From IMG/VR virus record IMGVR_UViG_3300024264_000022: a DNA stretch of 64,000 nucleotides; one strand, given 5' to 3'. This document shows, piece after piece, positions 17,427 through 26,843 of the stretch; position 1 is the first letter of the stretch, and each line of letters opens with the position of its first letter. Origin of the DNA: an uncultured virus (IMG/VR IMGVR_UViG_3300024264_000022). Taxonomy: Duplodnaviria > Heunggongvirae > Uroviricota > Caudoviricetes. Position numbers and translations under genes: made by a program. Below the pieces are notes generated by a model. It was not told the origin of the DNA. It saw nothing but the letters and a program-made list of their open reading frames with translations, and did not search any database.

Positions 17427-17822
17427 TTACCCCCTTGTTAGTTTTAGTATCTTCTCAATCTGTGCCTTAATAATTGGTCCTCTATTAGGCCAATGAATAT
17501 AAGGTTCCTCTGTTTTAGATAAGTTGTATAGAAAAGGTAAAACGATTTTCTCTAAATCTTTAAATCTTCTCCCAACATCTTCATCTGTTATTTCTTTTGT
17601 TATCGTATCTTTTTCAGCAACTATCTGCATAATCTCATTCATCGCTGATTTTATAGATGATACATCATTTTTAATATTAGATAGTTCAGCAGATTGACTA
17701 TCTATTTTCTTTGGGTCAATGCCTGGTTCAGATTTAGGTACTTCTGCAACAGCAGGTCCTACGCCCCAACTCTCGTCATTTAAATCAAACCCTCGCATAT
17801 AATCTGGTATGTCTTTACTCAT
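17427..17822 (-). CDS. Conserved hypothetical phage protein
   Basis: LEKIVLPFLYNL.K...YIHWPNR motif; likely ATG at 17822. Confidence 0.65.
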   Translation of the reverse strand: MSKDIPDYMRGFDLNDESWGVGPAVAEVPKSEPGIDPKKIDSQSAELSNIKNDVSSIKSAMNEIMQIVAEKDTITKEITDEDVGRRFKDLEKIVLPFLYNLSKTEEPYIHWPNRGPIIKAQIEKILKLTRG

Positions 17823-18045
17823 CAAGGTCCTCCTTTTTAATCTCTTCAAGTTTTATTAAAGCGTGTTCTCTAATGTTCTTATCTGTTGTCGCCATAACAC
17901 CTAAATCAAAAGCACTATACGCCATACTTGCACTATTCTTACTTGCAACTGCACTACTCATACCACCTATCGTAAACAAACTTGATAGGTTTGCACTACA
18001 ACCGGTAGTAAGAGCGAATAGCAATATTAGTAATAACTTGTTCAT
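17815..18045 (-). CDS. Small lipoprotein
   Basis: Hydrophobic leader ending TTGC. Confidence 0.6.
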   Translation of the reverse strand: MNKLLLILLFALTTGCSANLSSLFTIGGMSSAVASKNSASMAYSAFDLGVMATTDKNIREHALIKLEEIKKEDLDE

Positions 18046-18354
18046 TTAATTTTTCGGTAATATTTTATGTTTTTGTAATACTTGTCTAGTCTTTATTTCT
18101 TTGATAGACTTCTTGCCGTGTTCGGCTGAGAAGTGAGTGCCAGGATTTCTTTCTGCAATTTTTGATTGAAGTTCTTTCCATCCATTGTCGTTTTTAAGTC
18201 TACTGCTATATCCTGTTCCACTAATGATATTTATAGAAGTGACCATCTGCTGAATATGTTTATTCTTCTTTAGGTACTCCTCTTTTTCTGCAATAGTCAT
18301 CAAATCGTCAAATTCTTCGCCTGTTTTCGTGTTTTTAAATGAATATGATGGCAT
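18046..18354 (-). CDS. FmdB-like degenerate zinc-ribbon protein
   Basis: MPSYSFKNTKTGEEF...GWKE pattern typical of T4-like marine phages. Confidence 0.6.
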   Translation of the reverse strand: MPSYSFKNTKTGEEFDDLMTIAEKEEYLKKNKHIQQMVTSINIISGTGYSSRLKNDNGWKELQSKIAERNPGTHFSAEHGKKSIKEIKTRQVLQKHKILPKN

Positions 18355-18361
18355 TTTACTA

Positions 18362-18748
18362 CTACTTCAATGTCAAGTGAAATTGTACTTGTGATACTGC
18401 TTCTGCCATATCTTCAAGTATAGAAAGTAAATCTTCGTACTGGTTTAATTCATTCTTTTGCGATAAGTCGTAAGACGCTTTCGCTAAATCTTGTCCGTAT
18501 TGTACGATTTCAGATACGGTATGTTCACCCGATTGATAATTTTGTAATGTGTGTTGACCACTTTCAATGTGTACTCTTGTATTTGCATTACCTTGGTATG
18601 TTTCTACAAGTCTATCATTTAGAGTATTTAATTTTGTATAGTATTCACCTAGTCCTTCGTGTTCACTATAACTTTTTGTTTGCCAATGGCTCAATTGCAT
18701 ATTATTTAAATGTACAATTGTCTTTCCTACTAATGTTTCTATCATCAT
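18362..18748 (-). CDS. Ferritin/Dps-like four-helix protein
   Basis: HWQTKSYSEH..LGEYY...DRLVETYQG; late promoter TATAAATA at 18771-18778. Confidence 0.7.
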   Translation of the reverse strand: MMIETLVGKTIVHLNNMQLSHWQTKSYSEHEGLGEYYTKLNTLNDRLVETYQGNANTRVHIESGQHTLQNYQSGEHTVSEIVQYGQDLAKASYDLSQKNELNQYEDLLSILEDMAEAVSQVQFHLTLK

Positions 18749-18762
18749 AATTGTTCCTTATT

Positions 18763-18924
18763 CTATTTTTTATTTATAATATCTTTATGATATTGTGTTA
18801 GAGCGTTATCTTCTTCTGTTTCTTTCTTTGGTTTGTATGTTGCAACAAGAAAGGCTATAAAGAAACCTATAATCGTAACCGTCATACCGATTACAAAAAA
18901 GAGTAAACCGTACTCAACTGACAT
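18763..18924 (-). CDS. Small membrane protein
   Basis: ATG 18924 with GAAGGAG SD; single TM segment. Confidence 0.55.
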   Translation of the reverse strand: MSVEYGLLFFVIGMTVTIIGFFIAFLVATYKPKKETEEDNALTQYHKDIINKK

Positions 18925-19504
18925 TAGCAACTCCTTCTGTAAACCATTCAGGTGCTTTACCAGGATGTGACCATCTAGCAAAGTCTACTTTTTTCATAAT
19001 ATAATATTTACGGTAACTTGCAACTACATCAATAACACCTTCATTGAAGACTTTACATTCTTCTGGCATAGCAGGTGTTGGTAGTGTTGCAATTTTGTTT
19101 AGTGTTGCATTAAGAGGTGGTTCTTTTAGAATATCACCTAGCAACTGAAAAGACTTATGACCTAATGGTTTGTTTTTAGGAAATCTTTCCATAAATTCTT
19201 CGTTCAATGCTTTAAAATGTTTGAACAACCAAGTATAATTGTAAGCAGATTCCATTACCCATTTAGTACTAGGGTGACCTAACCAACCTGCCTTGTAGAT
19301 AACTGCCTCTTCGTTAGAGTTAGGTAGTCGCCATCTTTTGATGTCTCTACCGTTCTTTGTTTTTGCAATATACAATTCACCGTCTGCAACTCTTTTTGCT
19401 GTACATAGCATTTGAGCGCTTTCTAGTATCATCTTTACAATATGTTTATCACAACTCATCTTGGCTGCAATTACAGGGTCTTTATCTAATGCAAATATAT
19501 TCAC
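18914..19504 (-). CDS. denV: Pyrimidine-dimer DNA glycosylase (DenV-like) family protein
   Basis: MNIFALD...AA...CDKH.VKM.LESAQML, HPS..W, AMP...YR.YY. Confidence 0.75.
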   Translation of the reverse strand: MNIFALDKDPVIAAKMSCDKHIVKMILESAQMLCTAKRVADGELYIAKTKNGRDIKRWRLPNSNEEAVIYKAGWLGHPSTKWVMESAYNYTWLFKHFKALNEEFMERFPKNKPLGHKSFQLLGDILKEPPLNATLNKIATLPTPAMPEECKVFNEGVIDVVASYRKYYIMKKVDFARWSHPGKAPEWFTEGVANVS

Positions 19505-19644
19505 TAGTTAACCTTTCCGAATTTAATACACAATTGTTTCCAGACACCAGTCCAGAACATAGTTGCCCATTTGTTGGTAGCATTGTTCATCATTCTAGCT
19601 GCATTTGCGACAAGTTCTTCTTGTCTCTTTTTTGTGTAAATCAT
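19504..19644 (-). CDS. Small hypothetical protein
   Basis: Own translation MIYTKKRQEELVANAARMMNNATNKWATMFWTGVWKQLCIKFGKVN; promoter TTGACA-17-TATAAT at 19679-19651. Confidence 0.55.
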   Translation of the reverse strand: MIYTKKRQEELVANAARMMNNATNKWATMFWTGVWKQLCIKFGKVN

Positions 19645-19662
19645 AGTCATATTATATCACTC

Positions 19663-20730
19663 CTAGTTATCTTTGTCAAGCATTGATTTCACTAATGTTT
19701 TGTCGTTTTTTGAAGGCATTTCCTTTACTTCGGTAGCATTCCAGTCTAATACTTGGTCCATTTTAATACGAATCTCATCAGGATCCAGACCCATTTCTCT
19801 TAATTCTTTATGACCTAGTATCTTAAAAAACTTCTCATAGTCTTCATTTGATAATTGTTTACCTGCTAACTTCGTAAAGAAGTCTTTATAGTTGTCAATC
19901 TGTTTCTTTGCTTCTTTATGTTTAGCATTCTCTTTTGCAAGTTTCAAATCAAGTTGTCTCATTGATATGTCTTTTTTCTTCTTTCTACCTGAAGACCATT
20001 GTGCTAAAGATATGTTGGCTGCAATCAATAGTAATACTGCAAGAGGGTCAAATACAAATATCAATACAATGATTACCCACCTTACGGCTTCATCAAAGTG
20101 GTCTTTTGCATTGTCTCCATATATCAGTTCAGCAATATATTTTAGAGGACCTACTTCTGCTTCTATTTTTGATTGTTCTAATTCAAATGTATTCTTGTCT
20201 AACATATAGTTGTCTATGTTATCCATTGCCTTATCTATTGTAAGTTTAAGTTCGTTTCGTTCTTCTTCTTGTTTTTTTCGTTCTCTTAAACCTCTTGTCG
20301 CATAGTCATTCTTTAGATATACTTCAATAGATTTATCTAACTGCAATAAGGTATTTTCTGCTCGTTCTATTATTCGTTCTTCTTGTAGTATTCGTTTATC
20401 AATCAATTCAACTTTCGCTGTATTAGATGAAGTAGGTACAACCTGGTCTAGGTGTGCCTTTGATAGATAACCAAATATACCCATAGAGGTAACAAACACT
20501 AACACAACTACAGAAGTTGTCAAGTAGTATTTAATTGATTTTGGTAATTCTTTGTTCTTCCAGTTTTGATATAACCAAGAGGCGGTAACAAGTTTACCTA
20601 CCTCTAACACACCACCCATAATCATAATAGGTATTTTTGCACCACTAAAAATGGCTGCAAGTCCTAATATACTATACAAAGCGGCTACGCTTGATATACT
20701 AATCGCTGATAAAAATGCTAATATACCCAT
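19663..20730 (-). CDS. Multi-TM coiled-coil membrane protein
   Basis: Three N-terminal TMs, coiled coil, EVGPLKYIAE...VFDPLAV motif. Confidence 0.7.
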   Translation of the reverse strand: MGILAFLSAISISSVAALYSILGLAAIFSGAKIPIMIMGGVLEVGKLVTASWLYQNWKNKELPKSIKYYLTTSVVVLVFVTSMGIFGYLSKAHLDQVVPTSSNTAKVELIDKRILQEERIIERAENTLLQLDKSIEVYLKNDYATRGLRERKKQEEERNELKLTIDKAMDNIDNYMLDKNTFELEQSKIEAEVGPLKYIAELIYGDNAKDHFDEAVRWVIIVLIFVFDPLAVLLLIAANISLAQWSSGRKKKKDISMRQLDLKLAKENAKHKEAKKQIDNYKDFFTKLAGKQLSNEDYEKFFKILGHKELREMGLDPDEIRIKMDQVLDWNATEVKEMPSKNDKTLVKSMLDKDN

Positions 20731-20731
20731 A

Positions 20732-21043
20732 CTACTTTCTCTTTACTATATATTCAAAGCCTTCTACATACTCTAACTTCTTTTGAAAGAATTGTAGGTC
20801 ACTTCTGTTTAGTGCTACTTGCATTTTCTTAAATATTTTATTTGATTGCCTACCAGGATAACAACGCATTACATCTGCTGCCCAGAAACCTGTGAAGTAG
20901 ACTTTTGCTTTACCTTTCTGCAATGTATCAAAAATTTTAAATGCTTTCTCAATCATATCTTTCAGATACGGATCCATATACGGTCTATTATCTTCTTTGA
21001 TATTATTATAACTTTCGTCTTCCCAATTGTTTGGTCGTGCCAT
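20732..21043 (-). CDS. Hypothetical protein
   Basis: ORF translationally coupled to its neighbours. Confidence 0.6.
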   Translation of the reverse strand: MARPNNWEDESYNNIKEDNRPYMDPYLKDMIEKAFKIFDTLQKGKAKVYFTGFWAADVMRCYPGRQSNKIFKKMQVALNRSDLQFFQKKLEYVEGFEYIVKRK

Positions 21044-21732
21044 TATTTACTCTCCTCTAATGTTCTCACTTTTTTAATAATACTGATTACACGAGCTGCA
21101 TAATCAGGCGTTGTGCTAAATTTATCCAATGTCTTAATTAACTCTATTGGATCCATTTCGCCGTCTTCTGCAAGTTGTTTTAGTCTCAACTTACGGAATT
21201 TCTCATAGGCTGGGTGTTCATTCATCAACCTAACATATTCTTTTACACTTTCACACTTCGTAGCAAATATTCTTACACCCCAACCTTTCCACTCTGGCAT
21301 ACCTAATGGTAACATATGTGGATAGTCTTTGTTGAATACTCTAATACCGAATAGATTATTACCATCAACTGCAAATCTACTTGTACCCCAACCACTCTCT
21401 AAAGCAGCCTGTGCTGTTATCATTTCGTATGGTACTCTAAACACATCTGGTTGTGAGAAGTTTAAGAAGTCAATACATTTATGAGTTGCCCTAACAAATT
21501 GTATATCATTTTTATATGTAAATTCTGGTTCTCTTAAATCTAACTCTTTTAGTCGTTCTAGGTATTTTGTTTCGTATTCTTTTGCTAATTTGTTTGTAGA
21601 GTGTGTATTAGGATTAAATGTACCAACGACATATGTTATTAAAAATAACATTGATACACCTAATACTCTTTTAGTCCATAATTTAGTTATACGCATTTTC
21701 TCTTTGTAGTCTATTTTCACTTTTCTCACCAT
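21043..21732 (-). CDS. Bax-like glucosaminidase (GH73-type) with N-terminal membrane anchor
   Basis: AQAALESGWGTSRFA..GNNLFG, SV..Y...MN.HPAY..FR..R. Confidence 0.85.
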   Translation of the reverse strand: MVRKVKIDYKEKMRITKLWTKRVLGVSMLFLITYVVGTFNPNTHSTNKLAKEYETKYLERLKELDLREPEFTYKNDIQFVRATHKCIDFLNFSQPDVFRVPYEMITAQAALESGWGTSRFAVDGNNLFGIRVFNKDYPHMLPLGMPEWKGWGVRIFATKCESVKEYVRLMNEHPAYEKFRKLRLKQLAEDGEMDPIELIKTLDKFSTTPDYAARVISIIKKVRTLEESK

Positions 21733-21746
21733 AATGTTATATTAGT

Positions 21747-22172
21747 TTAAATCATATCTATGCCTGCTCTACTCATTGGTTTCTTAAATGAATAGAATAG
21801 AGCATTATGATTACCACTATCTCCTGCGTTTCTCATTTGATACAAATGGACCATTTCGTGTGCCAATGTACTAATGAATTCTTTTTTATTCTTATACTTG
21901 TCTGCCATTTCTAAATGAAACGATTGTGTACCTTTTCTTTTCCACTCCCATTGTGTAACCTGACCAAAACATTTTATCGGTCTCAAATCTCGTATCGTTA
22001 TCTCATTAAACGGTGCAAGTTTGGCGTCAAAGACTGCCTCATTTATCCATTGAAAGACTTTCTTAATGTCTTTATAGGTAGTCTTGTATTGTCTAGTATG
22101 CTCATATTCTGCTCTTACTCTCTTCTTTAAAGTTGCATACCTAACTGATTTAGGTTTAGTTTCTTTCGGCAC
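21747..22172 (-). CDS. SprT-like zinc metalloprotease
   Basis: TLAHEMVHLYQ...H...F. Confidence 0.75.
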   Translation of the reverse strand: MPKETKPKSVRYATLKKRVRAEYEHTRQYKTTYKDIKKVFQWINEAVFDAKLAPFNEITIRDLRPIKCFGQVTQWEWKRKGTQSFHLEMADKYKNKKEFISTLAHEMVHLYQMRNAGDSGNHNALFYSFKKPMSRAGIDMI

Positions 22173-22187
22173 TGGTGTTTGTTCTCC

Positions 22188-22349
22188 CTATCTTTTGATT
22201 TTTTCGTCTCTTTGTCTTTTTCTATCACTATACTCCATAATCAAAAATGATGTTATACCACCAAGTATAATCACCCATAGTTCAATCGGCGCCAAGGTCT
22301 TCATAAGAGAAACCAAGTCAGCCATTGAGTAAATTAAGTGTTCTAACAT
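22188..22349 (-). CDS. Small membrane protein (53 aa)
   Basis: Own translation MLEHLIYSMADLVSLMKTLAPIELWVIILGGITSFLIMEYSDRKRQRDEKIKR; AAGGAG SD. Confidence 0.55.
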   Translation of the reverse strand: MLEHLIYSMADLVSLMKTLAPIELWVIILGGITSFLIMEYSDRKRQRDEKIKR

Positions 22350-22350
22350 A

Positions 22351-22674
22351 CTACTCCTTTGTTTGACTTTCTTTGTACACTTTATCTATACCGTTAACTC
22401 TAATATCAGAAGCAATGCTCTCTAATATATTTGGTAAATGCTTTTCTAAAACAAAAGTCATTTCTATTGCCATTGAGTGTGCTAATCTTTCAAGTTCAGA
22501 CTTCAACACAGCATTATGGTCAATGTTACCGTTAACCGTTTCTTTTATGATGTGGGCACTAGTCGCCACAACATAGTCATCTGCCTTTGCTTTCTGCATA
22601 GTTAAGTGTAATGCTACACCTGACAAATACAAAAATGCAAGTACATATACTATCGTTTTTATCACGCTTTTCAT
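22351..22674 (-). CDS. Hypothetical exported protein
   Basis: Signal-like leader ending AKA; first gene after an early promoter. Confidence 0.6.
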   Translation of the reverse strand: MKSVIKTIVYVLAFLYLSGVALHLTMQKAKADDYVVATSAHIIKETVNGNIDHNAVLKSELERLAHSMAIEMTFVLEKHLPNILESIASDIRVNGIDKVYKESQTKE

Positions 22675-22705
22675 TATATACCTTTCTCATTCATTAATAT
22701 TATTT

Positions 22706-22747
22706 ATTCTATCACTTCCTAGGTACATTGTCAAGCAAAAAATGAGC
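22706..22747 (-). promoter_or_regulatory. Early promoter with extended upstream motif
   Basis: GCTCATTTTTTGCTTGACA-17 bp-TAGAAT. Confidence 0.75.
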
Positions 22748-22764
22748 TTATTTTGGGGAAATAT

Positions 22765-22790
22765 GGGTATTTTTAGTATGGAAAATACCC
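22765..22790 (-). terminator. Stem-loop after the 22807 gene, probable terminator
   Basis: GGGTATTTT / AAAATACCC inverted repeat. Confidence 0.5.
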
Positions 22791-22806
22791 TAAAACCGTT
22801 GTATTG

Positions 22807-23307
22807 TTATGCTTCTAGCTTAACAAAATCGTCATTCCACCCAAACGCTTCTTTTACAAGATTAGCCGTTAGACCTTTGTACATATTATTTAACTTCTTC
22901 TCTTTTACAGCAATAAGCAATTCTGCTTCTGTTTGATGTAAACCTTCTAAAATTTGAATAAACAAAGTTTCTTTTTTTACTTTGGATAGATTTTGGTCTG
23001 CACCTGATACGAAATGCCAAAGTCTCTTTGCTTCGGAATCAAGGAAAGTGTGTTCAGTACCTACTGGCGCTTCATTTGGAAGATACGGTGGGTTACCTTT
23101 TGGTAAGTCCCATTTAATCTTCGGGTCAAATGCACCTTTTAGTATTTGTCTCAAAGAGACACTATCATACTGGCGTAGGATTTCTGTCTTCTTTGCCTTG
23201 TCTTTAGCATTGTTAACTTTAGTTAGGATTTCGTGGTAAGTGAGTGCCATTGATGAAGAAGACATTGCTGCCATCTTCAAGCTTTGATTTATATTTTCAT
23301 TTGCCAT
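22807..23307 (-). CDS. Conserved T4-like hypothetical protein (DUF6433-like)
   Basis: FDP.I.W.LP.G.PPY...KE.LFIQ.LEGLH..EA; follows RNase H. Confidence 0.7.
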   Translation of the reverse strand: MANENINQSLKMAAMSSSSMALTYHEILTKVNNAKDKAKKTEILRQYDSVSLRQILKGAFDPKIKWDLPKGNPPYLPNEAPVGTEHTFLDSEAKRLWHFVSGADQNLSKVKKETLFIQILEGLHQTEAELLIAVKEKKLNNMYKGLTANLVKEAFGWNDDFVKLEA

Positions 23308-23333
23308 TTCATTTTCCTCTTAATATTGCAATA

Positions 23334-24197
23334 TTAAAAATCATTAATGTGTTCAATCAACGATTTCAGTTTATTATCAATGAAGTAAGGTAGTAGTTTG
23401 GACCTACTTGGTACTTCATAGTTGTTAAAGCTATTTATAATAGATTCTACCATAGCGTTAGGTATCTGGTCTAGGTCTATCAATTTCTTGTTCCTATTAT
23501 AGTACTTCTTCGTTTCAGAACCTAGTGGTATATCGTCAATCTGCGACCACTCTTCTAGTTTCTTTTTCGTAATAGGACTTTGTTTTGTCTTTGTAATAAA
23601 GACATCATCTGCTGATAGGATATTCGGTATTCCGTCTGACCTATCGCCTTTGATAATCTGTTCGTGTAAGTATCTAGTTGGATTATCTTCAACTACCATA
23701 TGCTTCTGTATCGGACTATATTGATTTACATTACTATACTTCTGTAATTGTTTGAAGTCTTTATCGCCTGATACAATTAGATACTTGTCTTCTGTCTGCA
23801 TTTTAACAATGGTAGCGATTATATCATCTGCTTCTGCATTGTCAATAGCAATTACTTTGTAAGGAAAGTTATCTTTTAATTCTTCTTTGATTTCCCATAT
23901 GAGATTAAATAGGTTATCCCAATCGTTTGTACTCTCTTCTCTACTTGTCTTACGACTTGCTTTGTATTGAGGAAAGAAGTCTCGTCTCCAAGGATTACCA
24001 CTATCACAAGCAAGTACTAAATCTTTTCCGTATTCATTACCAAACTTTCTAATGTATCCTTTGATTGAATTACATACCATATATCTAACCATTTCTTTGT
24101 TGGCAATACCTTGTTGATTGCCTTTCTGAAACGATACTCTACTCATTTGTGCCATTAGATTACTAATAAGCACTTGGTGTAAATCAACTATAATCAT
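23334..24197 (-). CDS. rnh: RNase H / 5'-3' exonuclease
   Basis: WRR.FFP.YKASR, EADDII, SGDKDF.QL, GD.SDGIPN. Confidence 0.92.
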   Translation of the reverse strand: MIIVDLHQVLISNLMAQMSRVSFQKGNQQGIANKEMVRYMVCNSIKGYIRKFGNEYGKDLVLACDSGNPWRRDFFPQYKASRKTSREESTNDWDNLFNLIWEIKEELKDNFPYKVIAIDNAEADDIIATIVKMQTEDKYLIVSGDKDFKQLQKYSNVNQYSPIQKHMVVEDNPTRYLHEQIIKGDRSDGIPNILSADDVFITKTKQSPITKKKLEEWSQIDDIPLGSETKKYYNRNKKLIDLDQIPNAMVESIINSFNNYEVPSRSKLLPYFIDNKLKSLIEHINDF

Positions 24198-24463
24198 TAT
24201 GCACTTCTTCTACTTGCTTCTAATTTTGCTTTTGCAGCTGCTCTCTTCTTTTCTATTTTAAGAGCCTGTCTAACTTTTCTACCAATTGGTATCATAATAC
24301 TATGACACATTTCTTTACCTTTCTTACTAATGTATTCAACACTAATAAGTCTATCTTTAAAATCGTTTTGAACAGACATAGTTGCCTTCTTCAAACTCAT
24401 TGCTTCTTTTTCTTTTTCGTCACCTGCTTCATTCCAAAACTTAAATATTCTCATTTTTCCCAT
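24197..24463 (-). CDS. Hypothetical basic protein
   Basis: ORF coupled to rnh. Confidence 0.6.
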   Translation of the reverse strand: MGKMRIFKFWNEAGDEKEKEAMSLKKATMSVQNDFKDRLISVEYISKKGKEMCHSIMIPIGRKVRQALKIEKKRAAAKAKLEASRRSA

Positions 24464-24664
24464 TTATATATCCGTCCTTACTATATGTTTTCTCAATTCT
24501 TTTACAAAAAATTCTATCTTATCAATGTATTCAATTAATGTTTTGTCTGTTATAAAATGCTGTTTCTCTTTTAGTTTATCATAATCTTCTATAGATAGTT
24601 GTACCATTGGACTTGGTCTTACTTCATTCTCAAAAGATTTGTCAACTGAATTATCGTCTGTCAT
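24464..24664 (-). CDS. Hypothetical protein
   Basis: ORF with AAGGA SD. Confidence 0.55.
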   Translation of the reverse strand: MTDDNSVDKSFENEVRPSPMVQLSIEDYDKLKEKQHFITDKTLIEYIDKIEFFVKELRKHIVRTDI

Positions 24665-24685
24665 ATATTCCTTTTTAAGTTAAAA

Positions 24686-24768
24686 TGTGGAGGCGAGTTC
24701 CACTCTCGCTTTCCTCGCCTCACACAACTCTATGTAAGCATACCGCTAGGTAATCTTACTATTGAGTT
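24686..24768 (-). other. Two tandem RNA hairpins in a 3' UTR
   Basis: AACTC..GTAAG..TACC-TAGC-GGTA..CTTAC..GAGTT (24768-24726), then GAGGCGAG/CTCGCCTC enclosing GAAAGCGAGAGTGGAA and followed by T residues. Confidence 0.6.
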
Positions 24769-24770
24769 CA

Positions 24771-25073
24771 TTATGCTGTGTAAGCGACTTGTTTGCCGAA
24801 TACAGCATTGATACCAGCAGCGATTACTGCTTTAGATGGTGTACCAACTCTATATGAAACGCCTTTAGTAGACCTATTTTCATAAATCATTAAACCTTCG
24901 TTTCTTAATTTACCAACCATTGCAGCCGGTGATTTAAGGTCGTAAGTGTTTCTCAATTGTTTCCAAGAAACATCTGAACCTTTGTTGAAAAGATTTCTAA
25001 TCTTTTCTGTTTTAGTTAGCTTTGTTCTAGCCATAGTTTTATCTCCTTTAGATAATTTAAAAATGTTAAACAT
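24771..25073 (-). CDS. Small putative winged-HTH DNA-binding protein
   Basis: Basic, KSPAAMVGKLRNEG..IYEN...YR.G.P; two in-frame starts (25073, 25034), each with an SD; promoter TTGACA-17-TATAAT at 25210-25182. Confidence 0.6.
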   Translation of the reverse strand: MFNIFKLSKGDKTMARTKLTKTEKIRNLFNKGSDVSWKQLRNTYDLKSPAAMVGKLRNEGLMIYENRSTKGVSYRVGTPSKAVIAAGINAVFGKQVAYTA

Positions 25074-25223
25074 AATTGTTTAACCTCCTTTTCAAGTTTG
25101 ATTTTAATGTCTTATCTGACAACTTGCTATGGTCAATCGCATTATAATGGTTTTCCATAGTCAAATTCTTATTAAGTACTCATTATACACTATCTCGTAT
25201 ATCTTGTCAAGCACTAATTTCAT

Positions 25224-25790
25224 TTATCTTACTGGTCCTTCAGGATCCGGGTCTGGAAAGTCGCCGTGTAAATCGTCATCATCTTCCGGTCCTTCTTGTC
25301 CAGGATAATCTGGTGTAAAATCAAAATTTTCTGTAAACTGGAACATACCATTGTTCCTATCGTTAAGTTCATCTGATACATCTTTGTTTAAAGGTCTAGT
25401 GGTCGTTGTTATCTCATCTGACATATTCGCATATTCAATACGAGCAGTAACCACGCCTTTCTTATTCATCTTCAATTTAACAGCATAGTCTACTACCTTT
25501 TGAATAGGATGTGTTATATTAAATTGTCTGTACAAGAGACCTCGTACGGCATCCATTGACATTGCAAGGTCTTTTGTAAATACATCTTGTTTAGTATCTA
25601 ACCCCATTTGTACAAATCTTCTAATCAAATCTAATCCGATTTCATCTGTCGCTGTTTCTACAAACTTTGCAGCTTGATAGTCTCGCATTTTCTCTTGTGC
25701 CTTTGGGTCAACATCAACACGCTTCTTTGCTATTTTATTCTCTGGAAATAAAATTACATTCTCATAATCATTCTTTTTATCATCACTCAC
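25224..25790 (-). CDS. Hypothetical protein
   Basis: NVILFP motif and acidic tail; probable GTG start at 25790. Confidence 0.6.
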   Translation of the reverse strand: MSDDKKNDYENVILFPENKIAKKRVDVDPKAQEKMRDYQAAKFVETATDEIGLDLIRRFVQMGLDTKQDVFTKDLAMSMDAVRGLLYRQFNITHPIQKVVDYAVKLKMNKKGVVTARIEYANMSDEITTTTRPLNKDVSDELNDRNNGMFQFTENFDFTPDYPGQEGPEDDDDLHGDFPDPDPEGPVR

Positions 25791-26061
25791 TAATCTTATT
25801 CCCTTTGAAGTCAACAAGTCCTAGTTTGTTATAATGTTCTATCAACTGATTATAACCACCTACTAACTCGTCATTGATTTTAATTTGAGGCATTGACCTA
25901 ACATTTTTACCTATGTCTTTAATCATCGCCTCAGGACTTTCAAACTCTTTCAAGTTTTTTTCTTCGTATTTCAAACCAAGGCCTTTGATTAAGGCCTTAG
26001 CTTTAACACAAAATGGACAATTGTCTTTTGTGTAGACAACTATACTATTCTGTTGTGCCAT
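25783..26061 (-). CDS. Glutaredoxin (NrdC-like)
   Basis: CPFC active site, RSMPQI, VGGY. Confidence 0.9.
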   Translation of the reverse strand: MAQQNSIVVYTKDNCPFCVKAKALIKGLGLKYEEKNLKEFESPEAMIKDIGKNVRSMPQIKINDELVGGYNQLIEHYNKLGLVDFKGNKISE

Positions 26062-26695
26062 TTTTCTTTTCCTTCGCTGTGTCTTCAACACTTTTGAAGG
26101 CTTCAGCAGACTTTAGTTTAAGTTTGTAAGCGTCAACAACTTCACCAATTGTGTACTCATACATCTTATTAAACTCACCAAGTGGTAGTCTTAAACCTAT
26201 CCACGCTCTGTAGTAACCTGCTTTTGTTCTAGTTACCTCTTGTGCAAAGATTTCATATCCTCTCACTGGTGTATTCGCAATGATGTTTACCATTGCTGTT
26301 TCTACTTCTGTAACCACGGTCTTAACATTTGTTTTACCTACTTCGGTTACAAAGATTTTCGCCTTCTTGTTCATTTCACCTGCAACAATATCAGCCATTT
26401 CTGCTTTCGCAATCAACTTCGCTTTCTCAATCGCAAGTTCTAATGATGGTGATACACTAGTACCAACTCCGAAGATACAAACCTTCTCATCATCATCTGT
26501 TTTGATAATACCATTGTTTGCCCACATAGATATGTCGCAATGTTTAGCATTATCAAAGTCCGCCATATACCAAGACGGTACTTCGTCTACTAACTTCTCC
26601 GTCTCTTGCTTAATTTTATAAGTCTTTGACGAACAAGCATTTAGGCCAATTATTAGAACGCCTAAAAGTCCTATCTTCATTATGTTTTTATACAT
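26045..26695 (-). CDS. LPP20-like lipoprotein
   Basis: Lipobox LNAC, VPSWY, G.G.S...LA..KA...AKA; promoter TTGACA-17-TATAAT at 26746-26718. Confidence 0.65.
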   Translation of the reverse strand: MYKNIMKIGLLGVLIIGLNACSSKTYKIKQETEKLVDEVPSWYMADFDNAKHCDISMWANNGIIKTDDDEKVCIFGVGTSVSPSLELAIEKAKLIAKAEMADIVAGEMNKKAKIFVTEVGKTNVKTVVTEVETAMVNIIANTPVRGYEIFAQEVTRTKAGYYRAWIGLRLPLGEFNKMYEYTIGEVVDAYKLKLKSAEAFKSVEDTAKEKKNGTTE

Positions 26696-26843
26696 TGTTT
26701 TTCACACTCCTAACTACATTATATAACATTTCACTCAACTTGTCAATAAGCTGGTTATTCTCAACATATGCAACAACATCCGTTGTAGACATACCTGTTA
26801 TTAACATAAAAAGGAGGCCTAATATGATTATATTTTTAATCAT
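26688..26843 (-). CDS. Small membrane protein (51 aa)
   Basis: Own translation MIKNIIILGLLFMLITGMSTTDVVAYVENNQLIDKLSEMLYNVVRSVKNNV. Confidence 0.5.
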   Translation of the reverse strand: MIKNIIILGLLFMLITGMSTTDVVAYVENNQLIDKLSEMLYNVVRSVKNNV

